Below, piece after piece: positions 58,149 through 64,000 of a DNA stretch of 64,000 nt. The notes below the pieces were generated by a model that did not search any database, was not told the DNA's origin, and saw only the letters and a list, made by a program, of their open reading frames with translations. Source of the DNA: Dehalococcoidia bacterium. GTDB taxonomy: Bacteria > Chloroflexota > Dehalococcoidia > UBA2979. The stretch covers positions 704,001 through 768,000 of the forward strand of contig OZ219871.1 in assembly GCA_964291495.2 (NCBI GenBank), written 5' to 3'. Position 1 is the first letter of the stretch, and each line of letters begins with the position of its first letter. A program made the position numbers and the translations under genes.

Positions 58149-59326
58149 CAGATCACCCCCGTTGCCGCGGCGGCCTGCAACTCGCCGTCCGAGTGGCCGA
58201 GCAGCTCGCCGAACACGGCGGCATTGTGCTCGCCGAGCCGTGGGACCGCCCGCGTGCGCTCCGTGGCGCCCTCGGAGAGCGCGTACGGCGGCCCGGGGAC
58301 GCGTCCCTCGGCGCCGTCCGGCAGCCGCAGCGAGCCGAAGTGGGCGCGCGCCTCCAGGTGTTCGCAGGCCGCGACCTCGTCCAGCGTTTGCACCATGCCC
58401 GCGGGGACGCGGTGCTCCTTCGCCCGCGCGAGCCACTCGCGGCGCGTGCGGTTGCGCATCGAGCGGGAGATGACGTCGGCCACGCGCCCGGCGTTCGCGG
58501 TCATCGAGAGCGGCGGTTGCAGCTCGGGATCGAGGATCAACTCCTCCGCCTCGAGCGCGATGGCGAAGACATCCCAGGGAACCGCGGTGTGCCAGTTCAC
58601 GATGATCGGGCCGTCGGAGGCGGGTTTCAGGTCGAGCCAGCCACGAGCCTGGAGCGCCCCCTGGTACTGGTAGTCGGCGAAGTGCATGAAGTACGAGGCG
58701 ATCAGAGACTCCTCGATGGAGACGTCCACGTGCTGGCCCTCGCCGCTTAGCCGGGCGTGCCGCCGGGCGATGAGGGCGGCGTGCGCGGCATTGGATCCGG
58801 CCCAGTACTCGGAGATGTGGCGCGGGTAGCGCAGCGGCTCGCGGTCCTCGTCGCCGTTGCCGTCCATGAGCGCGGCGGCTGCCTGCAGGGTCAGCGAGGT
58901 GCCTCGCAGGTCACGCGACGGCCCACTGCCGCCGAAGTTCGTGATGCTCACCCACACCACCGAGGGGTTCACGCCCAGCATCTCGTCCACGCCGAAGCCA
59001 TGGCGCTCGAGCGTACCGGGCGCGAAGTTCTCGACGACGATGTCGGCCCAGCGCACCAGCTCGCGCAACCACTCGGCGCCGGTCGGCGTCGTGAAGTCGA
59101 GCGTGACCGATCGCTTGTCCGCGTTCAGGAAGGCGTAGACGGCGCTGACCGCCTCGCCCGAGCCGTCGTCGAGCAGGGGCGGGAGCGCCCGCGCGGGGTC
59201 GCCGGCGCCGGGGCGCTCGACGTGGATGACATCGGCTCCCGCGTCCGCGAAGAGCTTCGCGCAGTACGGCCCGGCGGTGTAGTGGCCGAGATCGAGGATC
59301 CGCAGTCCCTCCAGCAGATCGTTCAT
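58148..59326 (-). CDS. CoA-transferase family III (BbsE-like subunit)
   Basis: LRILDL, GADVIHVE, NADKRSVTLD. Asp position reads ISEY. ATGA overlap with the permease. Confidence 0.88.
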   Translation of the reverse strand: MNDLLEGLRILDLGHYTAGPYCAKLFADAGADVIHVERPGAGDPARALPPLLDDGSGEAVSAVYAFLNADKRSVTLDFTTPTGAEWLRELVRWADIVVENFAPGTLERHGFGVDEMLGVNPSVVWVSITNFGGSGPSRDLRGTSLTLQAAAALMDGNGDEDREPLRYPRHISEYWAGSNAAHAALIARRHARLSGEGQHVDVSIEESLIASYFMHFADYQYQGALQARGWLDLKPASDGPIIVNWHTAVPWDVFAIALEAEELILDPELQPPLSMTANAGRVADVISRSMRNRTRREWLARAKEHRVPAGMVQTLDEVAACEHLEARAHFGSLRLPDGAEGRVPGPPYALSEGATERTRAVPRLGEHNAAVFGELLGHSDGELQAAAATGVI

Positions 59327-60234
59327 GCCACTGACCCCCGGAGGCGCGGATCGAGGGTGTCTCGCAGACCGTCGCCGAGCACGTTGATCGCGAATACCGT
59401 TACGGCCAGGGCGACGCCCGGGAAGAACGCCATCCAGGGCGCGCGTGTGACGTACGGCCGGGCCTCCACCCCCATCATCTGCCCCCAGGTCGGGTCCGGC
59501 GGCTGCACACCGTAGCCGAGGAAGCTGAGCACGGACTCCGCGAGGATCGCCGAGCCGAGATTCAGGGAGGCGATGATGATGACGGGCGCGATCACGTTGG
59601 GGAGCACGTGCCGCGCCATGACGCGTACGGGCGTGGCGCCGATGGTGGTGGCCGCCTCGACATAGACCTCCTCGCGCACGCTCATCACGGCGCCGCGCAC
59701 GATCCGGGAGCTTGTGACGCCCTGATAGAGCCCGATGATGAGCGCGATGCTCAGGAAGCTGGCGCCCGCCATGGTGACGATCAGCAGCAGGAAGAGGATG
59801 AACGGGATGCCTATCGCGGCGTCCACGATGCGCTGGAGGACCATGTCGGCGATGCCCCCGGCGTAGCCGGAGATCACCCCGACCAGCACGGCGATGAAGA
59901 GACCGAAGACCACGGCGGCCAGTCCCAGGAGCAGCGAGAAGCGCGTCGCGACCAGTACGCGGCTGAGGATGTCGCGGCCGAGATTGTCGGTCCCGAGCAG
60001 GTACCCCTCCCCCGGTGAGCGCAGCCCGTTCAGCACGTCCGTATCGTACGGATCCTTCGGGGTGATGGAGGGCCCGATCACGGCAATGACCAGTCCGAAC
60101 AGCAACACGAACGCCCCGAACGTCGCCAGCGGCTGTCGCCGGGCGAACACCCTGAGCGCGCGCCACCACTCCAGGGCCGCGCTCGCGCGGCCCGCGCCGA
60201 ATTCGCCTTCCCTGCCTACACCCGTCGTAGCCAT
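59323..60234 (-). CDS. Peptide/nickel ABC permease (DppC-like)
   Basis: LGTDNLGRD, YVEAA..IGA, HVLPN, GDGLRDTLDP. Confidence 0.92.
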   Translation of the reverse strand: MATTGVGREGEFGAGRASAALEWWRALRVFARRQPLATFGAFVLLFGLVIAVIGPSITPKDPYDTDVLNGLRSPGEGYLLGTDNLGRDILSRVLVATRFSLLLGLAAVVFGLFIAVLVGVISGYAGGIADMVLQRIVDAAIGIPFILFLLLIVTMAGASFLSIALIIGLYQGVTSSRIVRGAVMSVREEVYVEAATTIGATPVRVMARHVLPNVIAPVIIIASLNLGSAILAESVLSFLGYGVQPPDPTWGQMMGVEARPYVTRAPWMAFFPGVALAVTVFAINVLGDGLRDTLDPRLRGSVA

Positions 60235-60241
60235 CGCACTC

Positions 60242-61198
60242 CTATCCGGCGCGGCTGTGCCGGATGCGTGGATCGATGAACCCGTACGAGATGTCGACGG
60301 CCAGGTTCGTCACGATGATGATCGCCGCCATGAACAGCGTGACCGCCTGCACGACCTGGTAGTCGCGCCTCGACAGTGCGTCGAGCGACAGCTGACCCAG
60401 CCCGGGGAGCGCGTAGATGCTCTCCAGCACGACCGAGCCGCTGAGCAGGAAGATGAAGCGGATGCCGATCAGGGTGACGACGGGGATGAGCGCGTTCCGC
60501 AGCGCGTGGCGGCGGATCTGCGTTGCCATCGAGAGCCCCTTCGCGGCGGCCGTGCGCATGTAGTCCAGGCGCAGCACCTCGAGCATCGTGGCGCGCAGCA
60601 TGCGCATGATCGACCCCGAGAGGTACACGGTGCCGACCAGCGCGGGAGCGAGCATGTGCTGGATGCTCGCGAGCGGATCCTCCTGCAGTGGCACGTGCCC
60701 GATCGGAGGCGTCCAGCGCCAGTAGTACGCCGGGAGCGATATGGTGAGAACCCCGATCCAGAAGAACGGGATCGAGATGCCGCCGATCGCGATCGTACGC
60801 AACAGGTAGTCGAGCGCCGACCCGCGCATCACCGCTGAGAGCACGCCGAGCGGCAGGCCGATCGCCAGGCTGAAGATGAGCGTCATCATCGCCAGCTGGA
60901 GCGTCACCGGCGTCCGGGCGCGGATCACGTCGGAGAGATCCCGGCCGGAGGCGAGCGACTCGCCGAGGTCTCCGCGCGCAAGCTCGCCGAGGTAGCGGGC
61001 GAACTGCACTGGAATCGGATCGCTGAGCCCGAGCTTCTCCCGCAGCGCCTCCGCCTGGCCCGGCCGGGCGCCGGTGTCCTGGAAGAACTGGTCGACAATG
61101 TCGCCCGGCATGAGCCGCACCGCGACGAAGACGATCACGACCACAAGCACCAGCGAGATGCTCGAGACCACCAGGCGGCCGAGAAGGTATCGCACCAC
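60242..61198 (-). CDS. Peptide/nickel ABC permease (DppB-like)
   Basis: PGD, GDLG.S, DY.RTA.AKG, HALRNALIP, DPRIR. Confidence 0.92.
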   Translation of the reverse strand: MVRYLLGRLVVSSISLVLVVVIVFVAVRLMPGDIVDQFFQDTGARPGQAEALREKLGLSDPIPVQFARYLGELARGDLGESLASGRDLSDVIRARTPVTLQLAMMTLIFSLAIGLPLGVLSAVMRGSALDYLLRTIAIGGISIPFFWIGVLTISLPAYYWRWTPPIGHVPLQEDPLASIQHMLAPALVGTVYLSGSIMRMLRATMLEVLRLDYMRTAAAKGLSMATQIRRHALRNALIPVVTLIGIRFIFLLSGSVVLESIYALPGLGQLSLDALSRRDYQVVQAVTLFMAAIIIVTNLAVDISYGFIDPRIRHSRAG

Positions 61199-61247
61199 GA
61201 GCCAGTTGCTACTCAGTCGCGCCCGTCGCTCCGGCTGTCAACGCTCC

Positions 61248-63122
61248 TTACTTCTGCACGTAGACCTGATCCACGCGCCCGCTGTCCCAGAGCATCGGGA
61301 TGCCCTGGATGCGCGAGAGCGCGGCGTAGGAGAAGGGCCCCGATCCCGTCCAGGCGTTGGCGATCTCCTCCGGCGAGTTGACGAAGCGCTGCATGTCCTG
61401 CATCAGGGAGATCCGCTCCTCGATGTCGAAGGTGCTCTCCTCGACGGCGAGCATGCGGTCGAGGTCCGGGTTCGCGTATTGCGAGAAGTTCCGGCCTCCC
61501 TCGCTGTGGTACATCTTCTGCATCGCGTCGTGGGCGTCGACGCCCATCGAGTAGGCCGACGAGATCATCTGGAACTCATGCAGCGCCTCGGCCTGCTTCC
61601 AGGCGCCCCACTCGAGCGCCTGCTCCGAGGGCTGCAGGACGTTGCCGGAGACATCCTTGTACATGTCGACCGCGATCTGCAGCTGGTCGATGCCGACAAG
61701 GGTCTGCGGCACGGACCACCCCATGATCTGCCACTCCATCGGGTTGTCGGCGTCGAAGCCCGCCGCGGCGAGCATCTGGAGTCCCTCGGCGACGTCCTGG
61801 TCACGCCGGCCCAGGCCGAAGCCGGGCATCGCCTCGAACTCCGCATCCGGGAGATGGAACGCCAGATGCCCCATTCCGAGTGCGATCGACGGCTTCGCTC
61901 CGATTGGCCAGCCATACGTCCGGTTCGGCAGGCGATCCATGATCAGGTTGATCGCCCAACGCACGCGGATGTCGGCGAAGACCGGATCCTGCGTGTTCAT
62001 GAAGTGCCCGTGCGCGGAGGCGGCCATCACCTCCGAGTACACGTACCCGTCGATCCCCTCGGACTCGAGGAATCCCGCGAACGAGTCGTGGCCCGGGAGC
62101 AGTTCGGCGGGGACCAGCACGATATCGATGTTCCCCGCCCGGAACTGCGACCAGTGGTCCTCGACATCGAGCTGCTCGAGTTCGTCGAGGTACGGGAGTC
62201 CCTCGCGCCAGTAGTCGGGGTTCCGGACGAGCTTGGCGCCGAAGTCGGGCGCGAAGCTCTCGACGATGAACGGCCCCGTGCCGATCGTCGCCTCCGGGCT
62301 CTTGATGTCCCCGAACTGGTCGATCACCTCGGGCGCGACGGGAATCCACTGGTAGCCCGCGAGCATGGTGAGGATGATGGCCGTCGGGTACTTCGTGGTG
62401 AGTCGCACGGTGGAGGCGTCCGGCGCCTCGATCGTATCGACGACGGCCAGGTCGCCGCTGTGGATGAACGAGGGGTCGTCCGAGCGCGCCCGTTCGAGGC
62501 CGAACACCACGTCGCTCGCCGTGAAGTCACGGCCGTTGACCGGGGGCTTGTTCTGCCACTTCACGCCCTCGTGGAGCTTGAAGACGACGTCTGTGCCGGC
62601 CTGCTCCCAGGACTGCGCGACATCGGGCTCGGGCAGCTGGGCGTCACCGCGATAGCGGACCAGCCGGTTGTAGGTGGCGCCGATGATCTGCTGCGCCCCG
62701 GAGATGCTGTCCTGGTGGATATCGAGGTGGGCCGTCGTGTTCTGGGCCCACGACATCTTCCCGCCTCGCTTCGCCTCGTCCTCCGCAGTGGTGGCGGCCT
62801 GGGTCGGGGTGGCTGTCGCCTGTGGCGCCACGGTGGCCGTCGCCCGCGCAGGCGCCGGCCGCGGAGTGGCTGTGGCTGTTGCCGGCGCCGCGGTGGCCGT
62901 CGCCGGCGCCGCGGTGGGTGTCGCCTGGACCGGGGCGGCGGTAGGCGTCGCTGCCGGCGGCGGCGCCTCGTCGTCGTCGTCGTCGCAGCCGATCAGCGCG
63001 GCAGTGGCGAGTCCGGCGGCTCCAAGGACGCTCCCTCGCAGGAGCGCCCGGCGCCCGATGCGCGTCTTTGCCAGCCTCTGGTACGTGGTAGCGACTTCAC
63101 TCTGGTCATCTCGCGCGGCCAT
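61248..63122 (-). CDS. Family-5 ABC substrate-binding Tat lipoprotein (DppA-like)
   Basis: GRRALL twin-arginine signal, LIGC lipobox, Ala/Thr/Pro linker, GTGPF, RNPDYW. Confidence 0.92.
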   Translation of the reverse strand: MAARDDQSEVATTYQRLAKTRIGRRALLRGSVLGAAGLATAALIGCDDDDDEAPPPAATPTAAPVQATPTAAPATATAAPATATATPRPAPARATATVAPQATATPTQAATTAEDEAKRGGKMSWAQNTTAHLDIHQDSISGAQQIIGATYNRLVRYRGDAQLPEPDVAQSWEQAGTDVVFKLHEGVKWQNKPPVNGRDFTASDVVFGLERARSDDPSFIHSGDLAVVDTIEAPDASTVRLTTKYPTAIILTMLAGYQWIPVAPEVIDQFGDIKSPEATIGTGPFIVESFAPDFGAKLVRNPDYWREGLPYLDELEQLDVEDHWSQFRAGNIDIVLVPAELLPGHDSFAGFLESEGIDGYVYSEVMAASAHGHFMNTQDPVFADIRVRWAINLIMDRLPNRTYGWPIGAKPSIALGMGHLAFHLPDAEFEAMPGFGLGRRDQDVAEGLQMLAAAGFDADNPMEWQIMGWSVPQTLVGIDQLQIAVDMYKDVSGNVLQPSEQALEWGAWKQAEALHEFQMISSAYSMGVDAHDAMQKMYHSEGGRNFSQYANPDLDRMLAVEESTFDIEERISLMQDMQRFVNSPEEIANAWTGSGPFSYAALSRIQGIPMLWDSGRVDQVYVQK

Positions 63123-63168
63123 GCTGTTCTCTCCCCCCGCGGCGGAGCAGCTCCTCGCTCCGCTGAGC

Positions 63169-63219
63169 TGGTACCAAGCGTGGTATCGCGATTGTTCTCA
63201 AGCGGCCCCGGCGTGTCAA
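63169..63219 (-). promoter_or_regulatory. Putative promoter with TGGTAyC operator-like repeats
   Basis: Minus strand TTGACA-17 bp-AACAAT. TGGTACCA (63169) and TGGTATCG (63181) lie just downstream. Confidence 0.4.
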
Positions 63220-63352
63220 CCGAGCAGTCCTCGGGTGGGGCGGGTGTGGGCGCTCCTCCCGGCCCCACCAGAGCGCCGAACTCTGAGCCGGGAAGGGAGC
63301 GCTTCTCGCCGGCGCGTAGATCTTCCGACGAGTACGCGATTCGCACCCGGAC

Positions 63353-64000
63353 CTACTCGTAGCGGATCCTCGGATCGAGCGCTCCGTAGCTCAGATCGAC
63401 GACGAGGTTCGTAGCGAGGAACCCGATCGCGGCAAAGAGTACCGTTGTCTGGATGACCGGGTAGTCGCGCTGGTTGATGGCGGTGAGAATGAACTCGCCG
63501 AGGCCAGGAAGCCCGAACACGTTCTCGATCACCACCGAGCCGCCGATAAGGAAGCCGACCTGTAGGCCAATCACCGTGACCACGGGAATCAGGCTGTTCC
63601 GCAGCACATGCTTGTAGATCACGGTGGCCTCTGTCAGCCCTTTGGCGCGCGCGGTTCTCACGTAGTCCTGACGGAGCACCTCCAGCACCTCGGATCTCGT
63701 GATCCGCATGATCGACGCGGAGAGCGACCAGCCCAGGGTGAGGCTGGGCAGGGCGAACTGCTCGAGATTCCGCCGCGGGTCGTCCGGGAACGGGCTGTAT
63801 CCGAGCGGGGGCAGGTAGCCCCACCACAGCGCGGGCAGCAGGATCACCAGCAAGGCGATCCAGAAGTTCGGCAGGGAGAGGCCAAGCACTCCGATCAGCC
63901 TCCCCAGATAGTCGATGGGGGTGTCCTGGAAGACGGCCGAAATCACTCCGACCACCAGTCCGGTCGTAACGGCGATGAGAACGCTGAACACCAGCAACTC
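63353..64000 (-). CDS. Second DppB-like ABC permease, 5'-truncated by window edge
   Basis: DYVRTARAKG, HVLRNSLIP, DPRIRY. Confidence 0.9.
   Translation of the reverse strand, partial: ELLVFSVLIAVTTGLVVGVISAVFQDTPIDYLGRLIGVLGLSLPNFWIALLVILLPALWWGYLPPLGYSPFPDDPRRNLEQFALPSLTLGWSLSASIMRITRSEVLEVLRQDYVRTARAKGLTEATVIYKHVLRNSLIPVVTVIGLQVGFLIGGSVVIENVFGLPGLGEFILTAINQRDYPVIQTTVLFAAIGFLATNLVVDLSYGALDPRIRYE

Noticed and set aside
58148-60169. Apparent 673-aa CoA-transferase
   Set aside because: The upstream part is an off-frame read of the DppC gene. The real start is 59326.
62790-62990. Ala/Thr/Pro low-complexity tract in the DppA-like protein
   Set aside because: Ordinary lipoprotein tether linker.
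783-63414. Many long antisense or alternate-frame ORFs (e.g. 9194..11719, 25543..27543, 46331..48598, 61074..63362)
   Set aside because: Shadow ORFs expected in high-GC DNA. They overlap motif-bearing genes and are Arg/Pro/Ala-rich without family motifs.

Overview
GC-rich, gene-dense bacterial window with about 58 CDS and no rRNA, tRNA, CRISPR array, transposase or integrase that I can see. Gene content suggests a monoderm Chloroflexota/Dehalococcoidia-like heterotroph; this is inference only. It rests on many LLM monooxygenases, CoA-transferase III paralogues, Tat lipoproteins and a sortase-like tail. 1-27.5 kb and 53-64 kb are catabolic: ureohydrolase, two cyclases, LLM enzymes, amidohydrolases, two MaoC/DUF35/thiolase-like cassettes, acyl-CoA dehydrogenases, five CoA-transferase genes, a divergent malate synthase G and Dpp-type uptake genes. 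27.7-33.2 kb holds two ABC exporters and a PadR regulator. 40.4-53 kb is a metal and envelope block. The strongest candidate for an undescribed system is 44.4-53.0 kb. It combines an orphan Fe3+-binding lipoprotein, a 1045-aa flippase-like/alkaline-phosphatase/GT2 fusion, a FEA1-like lipoprotein, a truncated UDP-sugar dehydrogenase and a convergent GT-C-like protein. Both outer promoters carry a DtxR/IdeR-like TTAGG(T/G)TAG half-site. Separately, three promoters share an identical 17-bp core (CTTTCGGGCGATAGAAT), implying an unnamed catabolic regulon. REP-like palindromes of two families fill several intergenic gaps. All family calls come from motif reading, not database searches.
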